From an uncultured bacterium (GTDB taxonomy: Bacteria; Bacillota; Clostridia; Christensenellales; CAG-917): 64,000 nucleotides of DNA. The stretch covers positions 25,619-89,618 of the forward strand of contig CASQXY010000005.1 of the NCBI GenBank assembly GCA_949432885.1, written 5' to 3'. A program made the translations under genes and the position numbers. Position 1 is the first letter of the stretch; the number at the start of each line of letters is the position of its first letter. The notes under the pieces were generated by a model. The model saw only the letters and a list, made by a program, of their open reading frames with translations. It did no database searches and was not told the origin of the DNA. Positions 42,001 through 49,905 of the stretch are shown piece by piece.

Positions 42001-43679
42001 TACCACGGCGCACTGTTGAAATTTCCCGCGCTTGTTGTCAGAAACGGATACTCCGCGGAATCTATCTTAAAATTAGACGTATATGCTACGCTGCTTGGAA
42101 CGGTCGTATCTATACCCGCAAACGTCGTGGAAACGCTCGTTTCCATTCCGCCGAAATCGGAAACTGTAACGGAGACCTCTGCGTTCTTTTGCATGTACAG
42201 CGTTACGACGACCTGATTTCTCGACGCTTTTACAACCATCGCATAGCCGTATGTACCTATTTTTTTATAAACCGTTTTCGACGCACTGTTATAATCCGTG
42301 CCCGCAACGCCGTAAATGTTAAACGTACTGGAAGACGACCCGACGGAAACCTTCACTGTTTTTATGCCTGACACCATAGTATTCAGATTCCAGTTGCTAT
42401 ATGTAGACGAATACCTCGACAGCCATGATGTTCCGTTTCTGAGATAAGAACCTATGCCGGCATAGTCGCTGGGAGTAGTAAATTTCGACGAAGAATATGA
42501 ATAATCATATGCGTCGTTAAACTGCAACGACGCCGTTTTATAATAATCGTACTTACTATCTTCCGCAGTGCTAATAGTGCCTAAACTCTTTGATGTATAA
42601 GAATTAAGCTGTGCGCCGCCCTTGCCTGCGGTGACCTTATCCAGCGAATAGTCAAGGTCTTTGTCCAATCCCGCGTAATAGATCGGAAGACTTGTATTAG
42701 TTGTAATCTTGGGGATATAAGTTTCGGTTGCGCCGCTTACAAATTGCTTGGTGAGTATGGGGGCCGCGCCGTCGTTAAAGAAACGACTTGAACTGTCCGC
42801 TTTGGGGGAATATGTAACGGTGAATGCAATTTTGATATCGCTTATGGTCATTCTTCGGGTGACCTCTCCCGAAGTCGTCAATGTTCCCCACTTCATACCG
42901 AATCCCAAAGCGAGAATAGGATTCTCTTTTGCCAACGTAATCTCTTGACTTATGCTATGATTGCTAGCCTCGGCGTCCTGATCCCAAGGCTTGGAATAAC
43001 TACCCAAATTGCTGTTGACCGTACTGACTCTGACCTTAGCCGCGGAGTTTTCCAAACCAAAATAGACAGTTCCTTTTTTATGACCCGTTCCTGCCAACCA
43101 TCCATCGTTTTTCGCCACGTTAGATGTCGTAAGCTTAGCGGTAACCGTTGCCTTTATGGTAAAGCCGTCATTGTTTAGGAGCTTTATCATAAAATCACTT
43201 AGTCTATAATTAATTGCCATAGCGGCGGTATACGACAGCTTTGATTCTTTTACGCCCCAGCTGAATTTGCCCGCGTCAGCGCTTGAATTGCCTTCTGTCA
43301 AATACAGTTTGACTTCGCCTTGCGTGCTCGGCTTATACACCTCCATATTCGCCGCGGAAGCCTGTACCCCCGAGAGGTCCGCGGTAGCCGACCATGACGA
43401 CGTTTCGGTGCCTGCTCCGATAAACGCAGTACTGCCCGATTTCAAATCTGAGGCCTTCAAACTGCCCTGTATGGGGTCAGAAGCGCCCAAAGTACTCTCA
43501 TCTCTTGTCGCGGGATTATCCAAATCAGTTCCTGCGGATGCGATAGGTGCAAAAACAGTGCCGCCGTACGCGTCAAGCGACATAACCGTAGTGAAAACCA
43601 CGGCGAAACACACCAACAGCATAATCAGCCACGCTGCGTTTTTAAGCGACTTTTTCGCAAACAATTTGCCATTTCTCAT
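33063..43679 (-). CDS. Giant (3,538 aa) cell-surface adhesin-like protein with YDG-type and MBG/YGX-type repeat domains, an N-terminal signal/anchor and a C-terminal TM tail anchor
   Basis: A single uninterrupted 10.6-kb ORF. The N-terminus is MRNGKLFAKKSLKNAAWLIMLLVCFAVVFTTV. Recurrent motifs include KVYDGTYDV, EKVYDGTRDA, VKTYDGSAKI, KMFDGTSKF, KYYDGEKFE, KVYGDAESVYG and KYYGDNEPT. The C-terminus is LPSWAVILIAVGCCALAATLAVTFIGLAVKKAKLKKMM. Confidence 0.85.
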   Translation of the reverse strand: MRNGKLFAKKSLKNAAWLIMLLVCFAVVFTTVMSLDAYGGTVFAPIASAGTDLDNPATRDESTLGASDPIQGSLKASDLKSGSTAFIGAGTETSSWSATADLSGVQASAANMEVYKPSTQGEVKLYLTEGNSSADAGKFSWGVKESKLSYTAAMAINYRLSDFMIKLLNNDGFTIKATVTAKLTTSNVAKNDGWLAGTGHKKGTVYFGLENSAAKVRVSTVNSNLGSYSKPWDQDAEASNHSISQEITLAKENPILALGFGMKWGTLTTSGEVTRRMTISDIKIAFTVTYSPKADSSSRFFNDGAAPILTKQFVSGATETYIPKITTNTSLPIYYAGLDKDLDYSLDKVTAGKGGAQLNSYTSKSLGTISTAEDSKYDYYKTASLQFNDAYDYSYSSSKFTTPSDYAGIGSYLRNGTSWLSRYSSTYSNWNLNTMVSGIKTVKVSVGSSSSTFNIYGVAGTDYNSASKTVYKKIGTYGYAMVVKASRNQVVVTLYMQKNAEVSVTVSDFGGMETSVSTTFAGIDTTVPSSVAYTSNFKIDSAEYPFLTTSAGNFNSAPWYKDTQVSMEVDVSGSVNSNPYGNANSSPMLWFYAVKKANYSSDTSGLTVPTAASVLGSATDQKYKRLIPIGFGKDNKFNFEFDFTTGKAKGYGLSGYSAGNPADLGEVSGSGYYQFTFYAMDAAGNISPSTKSFYMKVDCERPEYNVEFSFNKGGNTVNIPFAENGKIWATGEATLKLVFDKINISGNTILFNDNANPSNRFMVVVNRDDVNNGGNPFGWYDGTTVDMSATSKTFTVVSRTGNTQVTVTYNATSLGSNLGAELIFTFQGKVGDAYPTVAWLTEFTAYTGIYAGPDEIAADEDNQNTVWKNVNEDWGEVNILIDRNNPNMPVVLHDYLQETVNDDSSLSLVDGANGYSWSRIIRKWYTQEYSITASAVFNDSILNIDAYKNGLKIYYGVKYVRTESDLSALWENGQDIIESKYRSFVYGDDAWKSNFGLADGVGADAMLDLAIDLIAVRNAGMRVVYIWAVDQAGNCSDISIQYILADAQNYNITSEVRANAQLQSKTASIAQRKGTESGVTSYKRGETVTFDLTLSTGYVPYLFTKTGNNGEPFTLLENYNPRNGWRLGDGAADYSGIIGFEPYNTLTYTIDSNVDLGALDSRTKFTFSHRKVVKYDVINIANNKVTLHYNSKAAVIPLSYSDSDSKGRFIFRYVDEDGNELYKDIEGNPTSDITLAEGYNENPELSNPVYFQAITLGTYKVRIYIPQHDDSYVTENYTSSANIQTFENCTIEVEIRQGEVTITAKPTQSMYGAKIQLEYESVGFNPADGALMGEVLVGSLTLKGISGWKNSMLDVGEYEITYDTPFSISENYKVTFEGNSHVVTKRPVSISTWAQSKYYGDNEPTSYMFGVDSTQFDWFTSWGSSYTVEKIVKDIFSGYSLHDELGSLNGTDYYLFDIGRGGGISRELSDATENVSAGDGYDYIVDTKLFNISGNFSLSAQNTQKFNILRRRVTLDVSGGETILPAGASYDPSAIVPVYRLTGADGALSDKIQNEISACLAGKLSLSSETVAPTLPMPDKYSSWVWHEVHLDSSANTRNLEFALGDDMIYIIGFASGSAIFVRMKNNETISFVFGTQWTDGLLNFADIADKFELSSEDSLPEFGVDFDNIDWSLTLRNIDFGAYIPVGSHQISISEARLSKDGTALDGYSVLVESFNITITAAPIVVRPTSQTQYKVYGDAESVYGIGFEIVSVGGKPIASDGSFAGISYQTILAQIKGEFARGQFAKSGNLSVIAGQYSDATDDNGIIYGTDGWYYGYAERNAFGCDNSNFTIVTDIDKDARFYVLQKSIDLDAAKFVGVSRSYTGFVNVSYGKVVPYDISGDLARAQDDVKLAIVANYTEEGSIEQPTDVGIIITNIRLDGNQKNNYKLEYIDNTSTTAELFDGSAKVEHAQISDAVSVIIYYINNNTDISNTVHIQIYTGSVAVRKSDFTITKQYDNTVRLDMNAVSIRDYTDDNGYGTTTLFNIWKDGNVSIVEGVSYPKSTVSDSHMIGEIVLFFPIKGASGLEIINNIENSDYNDPSVTVEATLVNGVEGIKITLRNVSASITKRVLGLNSFDSITPVNRAYNATPIVNTQFVFADSALAEGEDEATVGLTLMAYIDGNNYGAGDHAIAFAAVGDGNTDSKLKSNNYIIDIDALNKHYFADNAKTVNISRAKLLPNIRFGERDEQGIFNEYKVYDGTYDVPYAANEGGPLTTLEYSEELAAELAQFVIVGTPEYKLSSYGNLDMNVAFDAEGNVIMHNVMVIGLQIAESGSTKYLGNYEIYGERYSGGEYVRVGSVADGVIDDFEMRGAFMVKKNSIKLLPNNVFVKEKVYDGTRDADINVDLRGTEVVQGHEKHIKVIAEGLFAKSIVSDNVTVQIGNTSLIATSKDGEVYIKNYVLEEYKERRIASILPRPIGVTANLGVKTYDGSAKIPSNAHDITTDGIFDGEKGAYAVLATGGAYYLDKNVEYDNSGETPVVTDKRGAIYNPVLHSNRGIVNYQLTNAVKTYAGDGYIAYSIEGKMYYNEAYDGNKDGNDVTYYYPLPTANKYIDVDSALAAPDSEAMTSGAIVGRYVFNGKEVCAVDSEYKGSISGNMPSVTYVKGTGRVERKNVYISSAGIKMIDGSQAFEKMFDGTSKFFGVRDVDFYYEEGSISGVVEADRGKVEIRNIVGEFDKANTTANYVVFTAQGIKGDESANYIIDDTSMTAKIRGKIKKRTIISNLKDGTVVYGENTNLVEGDITYRVLGNKVLADGASRTYEEKKYDLDLWNGGLFMSFANYAEMMGYKDDDYKSNPNLNVFVKDGDGYIPSEITDIANIEYFIMLSSISELPTAKAKFTVSKPSANTSAKFVLTGGAAVNYTFLPEYKDGAENATITVIAKDLFVATDGAVYTQVYASAEEMQKELQKKISFRYLDSNGNDGIATSESPVSVFGRNYIPVAKIGVYDKETKTITPIEQYPVISAKLKDNEVYVIYFTTPDGIADYSEVIANYNIHLGGVVEIVNDALITTYDGFGLTTGASVVDIVLPSISDVSLGTPSSDNTFNLTYDGSNLTGSALIGAVKAGDDIYMLDENNYPTRAINAGSYTGYIVVERPIESGSHGYKAMWKSSSPVTVAVAKASPQLNVRNSSKYYDGEKFEYTVSGADSMITYLVREGLNIRKEDANIEYFRQTSNGKFEKVDEMRDAGTYQVRVSLKDSFKVNNPNYDENEVATGTFTIVRAIVNVTIDRGDYKVATASDGSLILGAVYDTNKTYHINYAVSMANDTPSAVVIKAQDTSLVYASEITSSGRYLFNVAITASGINANNYNIVGGGGMLELTTTNVSSSNATLELSKDIVANKVVAHEVYDDTATANDMELWSKVDKYMPFIDKNASIAALIRLSLYYGNSIVSLNGTTVAVDVCLPENIKNLDGIAIYTVNSSGGLERLADYELTQDGRLKYTTDFLGALVFVDLNANRLPSWAVILIAVGCCALAATLAVTFIGLAVKKAKLKKMM

Positions 43680-44127
43680 AATCTACCCCCGATATCTCCT
43701 GCCCCCAAGAGATAATCGCTATTCCAATTTGTGCGCCCCGCCCGTCTCAGCTGGCGCCGACGGAGTTAAGGCATGCATTTCCTGCGCGTATGCGCGTGTA
43801 TAGGCTCACGCGTACGCGATATTTATGCACTATTATATTACACTGGATAAATCGGATATGTCAATATCCAATTTTTTCAAACAGCGCATTTTAATGCTTT
43901 TCATATGTCGTGCCAAACTCAAAAATCAATATTTTCGGCATTCTAATTGGGTAAAATTAAAAACGTATGATGCGTTTTTCAATGGCGCGCGGTAAGTATT
44001 GCAAACAACTTTCGCCCGTCCTCATCAGATGTATCCAACGCGCTCGGAATAGAATATATCAAGATTTACTAAATAAAACGGTCTGCATCAAACTATTATT
44101 ACAAAAACCGCGGTATTGAGGTAAGAA

Positions 44128-44180
44128 CACGGAAAGGCGCTTTTGCGAACAGCCCGATAAAGACTGTAAGCAAAAGCGCC
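44128..44180 (-). terminator. Probable terminator downstream of the PEPCK gene
   Basis: Minus strand reads GGCGCTTTTGC-23 nt-GCAAAAGCGCC followed by TTTCC. The T-tract is weak. Confidence 0.4.
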
Positions 44181-44212
44181 TCCAAAACAGTTATTCGTTC
44201 AATAACGCGGTT

Positions 44213-45979
44213 TTACAGACGGGCTTTCAAACCGTCAAGCTCTGCCCTCAACTCCTTAGGCAGTTTATCGCCGAATTTGGAGTAGAACTCTTCTATGCCT
44301 TCCGCGTCCTGCGCCCAAAGCTCTTTATCGATTGTGAGCAGGTTTGCGATATCGTCCGCGGTCATATCCAGACCTTCTATATTGATATCGTTGGGGTCCG
44401 GGACGTAGCCGATAGGCGTTTCCACAGCGTTTGCGGTGCCTTCTGTACGGCGGATAATCCAGTCGAGCACGCGGAGGTTGTCGCCGAAGCCCGGCCATAG
44501 GAAGTGACCCTCGTCGTCCGTTCTGAACCAGTTGACGTTGAAGATTTTGGGCTGATGCGAAGTTTTTGTACCCATTTCAATCCAGTGCGCGAAGTATTCC
44601 GCCATATTGTAGCCGCAGAAAGGAAGCATCGCCATAGGGTCGCGCCTTACGACGCCCACTGCGCCGCTCGCCGCCGCCGTAGTCTCGGAAGCCATGATGG
44701 AGCCTACAAACACGCCGTGGTTCCAGTCTCTTGCCTCGTAAACGAGCGGAGCGGTCTTTGCGCGTCTGCCGCCGAATACGATTGCGTCAAGCGGAACGCC
44801 CTGCGGATTTTCAAATTCGGAGGACAGGCACGGGCAGTTGACTGCGGGCGCGGTAAATCTGCTGTTGGGATGCGCGCCCTTGACGCCTTCCGCCTGTTCC
44901 TTCTCTCCCCAAGGATTGCCCTGCCAGTCGATAGCATTCTTAGGCGGATTTTTATCAAGACCTTCCCACCACACGGTGTTATTTTCTAGGTTATGGCAGA
45001 CGTTGGTGAAAATCGCGTTCTTTCTCGTGGAAGCGAGCGCGTTGGGGTTGGATTTCGCATTAGTACCGGGAGCGACGCCGAAGAATCCGTTTTCGGGATT
45101 GATAGCGTACAGTCTTCCGTCCGCGCCCACTCTAATCCAAGCGATATCGTCGCCGACGGTGTGGACCTTATACCCCTTCTTCGCAAACTCCTCGGGAGGA
45201 ATAAGCATAGCAAGGTTGGTCTTTCCGCAAGCGGAGGGGAAAGCCGCCGCGATATATTTCGTCTCGCCGTTGGGCTTTTCGAGCCCGAGAATGAGCATAT
45301 GCTCCGCCATCCAGCCCTCATGCCAGCCCTGATACGAAGCTATACGAAGCGCGAAGCACTTTTTGCCGAGCAAAACGTTTCCGCCGTATGCGGAGTTGAC
45401 GGACATAATGGTATTATCTTCGGGGAATTGGCAAATATATCTCTTTTCCGCGTCGACGTCCGCCTTAGCGTGCAGACCGCGCACGAAGTCGCAGCTTGTG
45501 CCGAGGCTGTCGAGAACGCGCTGACCGACTCTGGTCATAATCGCCATATTGAGCACGACGTAGATAGAGTCCGTAAGCTCGATTCCGATTTTGGAGAAAG
45601 GAGAGCCGACCGCGCCCATCGAATAGGGGATGACATACATCGTCCTGCCCTTCATAGCGCCGCGATAAATCTCTTTGAGCATCGCGTACGCCTCGTCCTT
45701 CTGCATCCAGTTGTTGGTGGGACCTGCCGTCTCCTTCTTTTCGGTACAGATAAAAGTCCTGCCCTCGACGCGAGCGACGTCATTGGGGAGCGTGCGGTGC
45801 AGATAGCAACCGGGCAACAGTTCCTCATTGAGCTTCACCATTTCGCCCGTAGACACGGCTTCCTTGCGCAGAGCTTCGAGCTGTTCCTCGCTGCCGTCAA
45901 TCAAAACGACCTTATCGGGGCAGCAAAGCTGAACGCTTTCGTCAACAAATTTTTCAACGCCTTTGCTGAGAAATTGCAT
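44213..45979 (-). CDS. pckG: Phosphoenolpyruvate carboxykinase (GTP)
   Basis: GPTNNWM, FPSACGKTN, and the GTP-PEPCK pattern WMAEHMLILG. The ATG at 45979 has AGGAGG upstream; the 41-codon N-terminal extension in the ORF track has no SD. Confidence 0.93.
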   Translation of the reverse strand: MQFLSKGVEKFVDESVQLCCPDKVVLIDGSEEQLEALRKEAVSTGEMVKLNEELLPGCYLHRTLPNDVARVEGRTFICTEKKETAGPTNNWMQKDEAYAMLKEIYRGAMKGRTMYVIPYSMGAVGSPFSKIGIELTDSIYVVLNMAIMTRVGQRVLDSLGTSCDFVRGLHAKADVDAEKRYICQFPEDNTIMSVNSAYGGNVLLGKKCFALRIASYQGWHEGWMAEHMLILGLEKPNGETKYIAAAFPSACGKTNLAMLIPPEEFAKKGYKVHTVGDDIAWIRVGADGRLYAINPENGFFGVAPGTNAKSNPNALASTRKNAIFTNVCHNLENNTVWWEGLDKNPPKNAIDWQGNPWGEKEQAEGVKGAHPNSRFTAPAVNCPCLSSEFENPQGVPLDAIVFGGRRAKTAPLVYEARDWNHGVFVGSIMASETTAAASGAVGVVRRDPMAMLPFCGYNMAEYFAHWIEMGTKTSHQPKIFNVNWFRTDDEGHFLWPGFGDNLRVLDWIIRRTEGTANAVETPIGYVPDPNDINIEGLDMTADDIANLLTIDKELWAQDAEGIEEFYSKFGDKLPKELRAELDGLKARL

Positions 45980-46325
45980 AAATACCTCCTGTGGATTCCA
46001 CATTATTATTTGGGATTTTACGGCTAAGACCCGACGAACGGGAGCGCGCTGCGTCATTCTGCCGCAGAACAGTCTATTTGCCGTACGCACAAAATGATAC
46101 AATAATTGAAAACCGATGTCAATATATTTGAATGTTTGCAGTAATGTCGATATATTTTAATTATCTATAAATAGCCGTCCGCAGCGCCGAAAGCGCAGTC
46201 GCGCAAAAACCTCCCCAAACGGCTGTTTCTGCGAAAATTCGACGGCATATCAAAATTTCCGCGTATTTGAGCAAAGTGCTTGAAAAAAGCGCGAATATCC
46301 TGTATGATTGTTCTTTGCAGACGCT

Positions 46326-46871
46326 ATGGAAAACGTGATTGATTCCACAACTGAAAAAAAACGCCTTGACAGTCGGGAACAGAAGCTCGTCATACTTTTC
46401 GTATTTGAAAAAATGGCGGTTCCGCTCTCCGAAGCGACGGTGCTCGACATATGCACCTCTGACAATAATTGGCTCGACTATATGGATTGCAAGCAGTTTT
46501 TGGCGGAGCTCATCGACACCAACCTGCTCTACCACGTGCCGAAGGCGAATACGCTCAACATCACGCAGGACGGCGTGGGGTGTCTCAGTATGTTCTACGC
46601 GCGCATTCCCACCTCGATACGCGAAGAGATTCAAGCGTACGTGACAAAAAACCGCATGCGTTTCCGCAAAAAACAGGCGTATTTCTGCGACTATATGAAA
46701 AATCCGGACGGCACCTACAACGTGATTATGCGTATAGACAACGACACTTCCACCCTATTGGAGCTGAAAATGGTCGTATCCAACCGTCAGCATGCCATGT
46801 ACATATACAAGAATTGGATAGACAAGGCCGCGGGCGTCTATACTCTGCTTCACGAGCAGCTTATCGAATAG
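46326..46871 (+). CDS. DUF4364-like protein (putative winged-helix regulator)
   Basis: QKLVILFVFEKMAVPLSEATVLDICTSDNNWLDYMDCKQFLAELIDTNLLY matches my recollection of the DUF4364 N-terminal wHTH. The start is uncertain (ATG 46326 or TTG 46308). Confidence 0.5.
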   Translation: MENVIDSTTEKKRLDSREQKLVILFVFEKMAVPLSEATVLDICTSDNNWLDYMDCKQFLAELIDTNLLYHVPKANTLNITQDGVGCLSMFYARIPTSIREEIQAYVTKNRMRFRKKQAYFCDYMKNPDGTYNVIMRIDNDTSTLLELKMVVSNRQHAMYIYKNWIDKAAGVYTLLHEQLIE

Positions 46872-46997
46872 CGTCCTTTTTCCGCGAATTTTGATTATAC
46901 AAAAGACGGTTCATCACGCATTTATGCCGATAGATGCCGCAAAAAGTCGATTTTTGTTTTATCAATAGCGTAACGTGACGGGGAGAATGGTTCCTTA

Positions 46998-47981
46998 ATG
47001 AAAAACGTTCTTATGATTGCAACGGGCGGCACAATCGCCTCCAAAAACGACGGCTCGGGACTTACTCCCGCGCTCACCTCCGAGGAACTTCTCGCCTGCG
47101 TGCCGGAAATCGCGGATATATGCCGCGTGACCACCGTTCAGCCCTTCAACCTCGACAGCACCAATCTCAGCCCCGACCATTGGCTGAAAATAGCGAAAAT
47201 CATTGAAACTCGCTATGCCGATTTCGACGGATTTGTCATAACTCACGGCACCGACACAATGGCGTACACCGCCGCTGCGCTTTCCTATCTTTTGCAGAAT
47301 TCACCAAAACCCGTAGTCCTCACAGGCTCGCAGAAATCCGCATATCTGCGCGACACCGACGCGCGCAAAAACCTGTCCGACGCGTTTGCGTTCTGCGCCG
47401 ACGACAGTGCAAACGGCGTGCATATCGTCTTCGACGGCAACGTCATACTTGGTACACGCGCAAAAAAAACGCGCACTCACAGCTACAACGCGTTCACAAG
47501 CGTGGATTTCCCAAACGTCGCCATAATCCGCGACGGAAAGCCCTTTTATTACATAAAAAGCCAATGCGCCGAGCCTAAATTTTACGGCAGTCTAAACGAC
47601 GGCGTATTCGTACTCAAAATGATTCCGGGGCTCAAACCCGATATATTCGACTATCTCGACGGTCACTGCGAGGGGCTTGTTATCGAGTCTTTCGGTTCGG
47701 GCGGACTGCCCGATTACGGCGACGGCGAGTTTTTCAAACGCTTGAAACACTTTTTATCTCTCGGCAAGACTGCCGTACTCACCACGCAGGTAGAGCGCGA
47801 AGGCAGCGCGCTCGACAAGTACGAGGTCGGACGTAAGCTCTTGAAGTGCGGTCGCGTTTTGGAAGCCCACTGTATGACCCTCGAAGCCACCGTCGCAAAG
47901 CTTATGTGGATACTCTCCTTCGCAAACGGCGACGATATAGAAAGGCTGTTCTACACCCCCGTCGGCAACGACATCTTCTAA
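46998..47981 (+). CDS. ansA: L-asparaginase, type I (cytoplasmic)
   Basis: VLMIATGGTIAS and ITHGTDTMAYTAAAL. Confidence 0.9.
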   Translation: MKNVLMIATGGTIASKNDGSGLTPALTSEELLACVPEIADICRVTTVQPFNLDSTNLSPDHWLKIAKIIETRYADFDGFVITHGTDTMAYTAAALSYLLQNSPKPVVLTGSQKSAYLRDTDARKNLSDAFAFCADDSANGVHIVFDGNVILGTRAKKTRTHSYNAFTSVDFPNVAIIRDGKPFYYIKSQCAEPKFYGSLNDGVFVLKMIPGLKPDIFDYLDGHCEGLVIESFGSGGLPDYGDGEFFKRLKHFLSLGKTAVLTTQVEREGSALDKYEVGRKLLKCGRVLEAHCMTLEATVAKLMWILSFANGDDIERLFYTPVGNDIF

Positions 47982-47983
47982 CA

Positions 47984-48115
47984 CACTTCGTGTGTCTGAT
48001 TCTTCCGACGCACCTTTTCAAGTTATCGCCTCAATGCTCGCACTTCGTGTGTCCGACTCTTCCGACATACCTTTTCAAGTTATCGCCTCAATACGCATAC
48101 TTCGTGTGTTCTTTT
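47984..48115. repeat. 57-bp tandem repeat, about 2.3 copies (starts at 47984, 48041 and 48098)
   Basis: The unit is CACTTCGTGTGTCYGAYTCTTCCGACRYACCTTTTCAAGTTATCGCCTCAAT..., with a few substitutions between copies. It lies in the gap between convergent ansA and aroQ. Confidence 0.9.
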
Positions 48116-48170
48116 GATAAATTACAAAAAAAATTAACACAAATAAACAAAATTTTCCAGTACGGCATAA

Positions 48171-48196
48171 AAGAAAAAAGCCGAAGCAGGTCGGCT
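48171..48196 (-). terminator. Intrinsic terminator downstream of aroQ (end of the aro operon)
   Basis: Minus strand reads AGCCGA-cctgct-TCGGCT followed by TTTTTCTT. Confidence 0.6.
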
Positions 48197-48202
48197 TGAT
48201 TT

Positions 48203-48631
48203 TCAGTTTTTCGACAGGTATTCGATAGCCTCTTTGTAGCCCTCGAAGCCCTTTCCGCAAATCGTCTTTTGCGCCGCCAGCGATAAGTATGAAACGTGGC
48301 GGAACTCCTCTCTTGCCATTATATCGGTGAGGTGCACCTCGACTGTGGGAATATCCACGGATTTGAGCGCGTCGAGTATGGCGATTGAGGTATGCGTATA
48401 CGCTCCCGCGTTTATAACTATCCCGTCATAACTTCCAAATGCGCGCTGTATCGCCGTAACGATATCGCCCTCTCTGTTGGACTGTATTACAGTTGTTTTT
48501 ACGCCGATTTCCTTTGCGCAGGATTTTATATATTTCACAAGCTCCGCATAGGACTTTTTCCCGTACTTGTCAGGCTCGCGTATGCCGAGCATATTGAGGT
48601 TTACTCCGTTGATTACAAGGATTTTTTTCAT
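48203..48631 (-). CDS. aroQ: 3-dehydroquinate dehydratase, type II
   Basis: ILVINGVNLNMLGIREPDKYG and HISN-like region HLTDIMAREEFR. Confidence 0.93.
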   Translation of the reverse strand: MKKILVINGVNLNMLGIREPDKYGKKSYAELVKYIKSCAKEIGVKTTVIQSNREGDIVTAIQRAFGSYDGIVINAGAYTHTSIAILDALKSVDIPTVEVHLTDIMAREEFRHVSYLSLAAQKTICGKGFEGYKEAIEYLSKN

Positions 48632-49905
48632 ATTTCTCTCCCGATACTTTCCTCGAACGCAGCTATAACGCTATCGACCGCGCACTCGATTTTATCGTTA
48701 TTTTCAATCTCGACATCCGATGCCTGCATATAAAGCGGATATCTCGCGCCCGCAAGCCTCTTCACCTCGTCGAGGCTCTTGGAAAGCGGTCTGCCCGCCC
48801 TTGCGAGCTTATTTACGTCTCTGCTTATCGCCGCGCAAAAGCCGTTCGCCTTGAAAAAGAACCTGTTTCTCTCGTCGAGCACCGCGCCGCCGCCAGTCGC
48901 AATCACAGCTCCGAGTTTAAGACACGCCTTTTCAACCTCTCTTCGCTCTATTTCACGGAAATACGCCTCTCCGTCCTCCGCAAATATTTCGGGTATAGAC
49001 CTCCCCTCCGCTTTCTCGATTTCGCAGTCCGTGTCGACAAACTCTTTCCCGAGCTTTTTTGCAACCGATTTCCCGATTGTGGACTTTCCGCAGCCCGCCA
49101 TGCCGACGAGCACGATATTCGTTCTTTCGCGTATCAACGCCCTTGCCGCGCGCAAGGTTTTGTCCTCATCCGCGATTTGTCCCCCGACCTCAGACTGAAA
49201 AAGGTTGTGCGCAAGGCGCGCCTGCTCCACGAGCATATTCAGTCCGTTTGCGGCTTTCAGCCCCCTTTCTCTCGCGTCCCGCACAAGCAGGGTTTCGAGC
49301 GGATTGTAAATACAATCAAACACGCTTTCCAGTTTTGAATACTTCTTTATATTGAGAGGCTTTGCGTACGCATTCGGCGACATCCCGACGGGGGTCGTGT
49401 TGATTATCACCTGCGTATCCTGCAAATCGTAGCAGCTTTCGTAGTTGCACTCCCCGCTTCGGGATACGACGTTTACGCTCGCCGCGCCGGAAGTCGCGCA
49501 CAGATTTTTCGCAGTCTGACAGGTGCCGCCGCTTCCCAAAATGAGGATGTTTCTGCCACTAAGCTCTATGCCCGCCTTTCTCATAGCGTATTCCATTCCG
49601 CCTATATCCGTATTATATCCGACCAGTCTATCCCCGACCCTTACGACGGTGTTGACCGCGCCAATTTTCTCCGCTTCTTCGGACAGGCTATCCAGCATAG
49701 GAATTATGTCGCGCTTGTACGGAATCGTAACGTTGTAGCCCGCGTATTCTCCGCTTCTCACAAACACCGCAAGCGCGCCAGCGTCCGCAAGCTCTCTGAC
49801 GCCGTATCCGTCTCTTCCCAAAAGCGCGTGAATGCGCGGAGACAGCGTATGCGGCAGGCTCTTTCCGACAAGGCAGTATTTATTTCCGGATACGCCGCCC
49901 ATCAA
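48628..49905 (-). CDS. aroE: Bifunctional shikimate dehydrogenase / shikimate kinase (AroE-AroK fusion)
   Basis: The N-terminal half has GKSLPHTLSPRIH, NVTIPYK and ILGSGGT (SDH). The C-terminal 170 aa has IVLVGMAGCGKSTIGKSVAKKLGKEFVDTD (shikimate kinase P-loop). Confidence 0.88.
   Translation of the reverse strand: MMGGVSGNKYCLVGKSLPHTLSPRIHALLGRDGYGVRELADAGALAVFVRSGEYAGYNVTIPYKRDIIPMLDSLSEEAEKIGAVNTVVRVGDRLVGYNTDIGGMEYAMRKAGIELSGRNILILGSGGTCQTAKNLCATSGAASVNVVSRSGECNYESCYDLQDTQVIINTTPVGMSPNAYAKPLNIKKYSKLESVFDCIYNPLETLLVRDARERGLKAANGLNMLVEQARLAHNLFQSEVGGQIADEDKTLRAARALIRERTNIVLVGMAGCGKSTIGKSVAKKLGKEFVDTDCEIEKAEGRSIPEIFAEDGEAYFREIERREVEKACLKLGAVIATGGGAVLDERNRFFFKANGFCAAISRDVNKLARAGRPLSKSLDEVKRLAGARYPLYMQASDVEIENNDKIECAVDSVIAAFEESIGREI

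Noticed and set aside
43600-43679. LPXTG sortase signal at the C-terminus of the giant protein. The C-terminus is actually encoded at about 33063-33180.
   Set aside because: The motif preceding the hydrophobic tail is LPSWA, not LPXTG or LPXTA, and no sortase gene is nearby. I therefore describe it only as a C-terminal TM tail anchor.
33033-43803. Numerous plus-strand ORFs of 60-330 aa inside the giant gene.
   Set aside because: All are antisense to one continuous 10.6-kb ORF that has a coherent repeat-domain architecture, so they are shadow frames.
44993-46634. Plus-strand ORF 44993-46027 (344 aa) and minus-strand ORF 46161-46634 (157 aa).
   Set aside because: The first is antisense to PEPCK and the second is antisense to the DUF4364-like gene. 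Both lack an SD and any motif.
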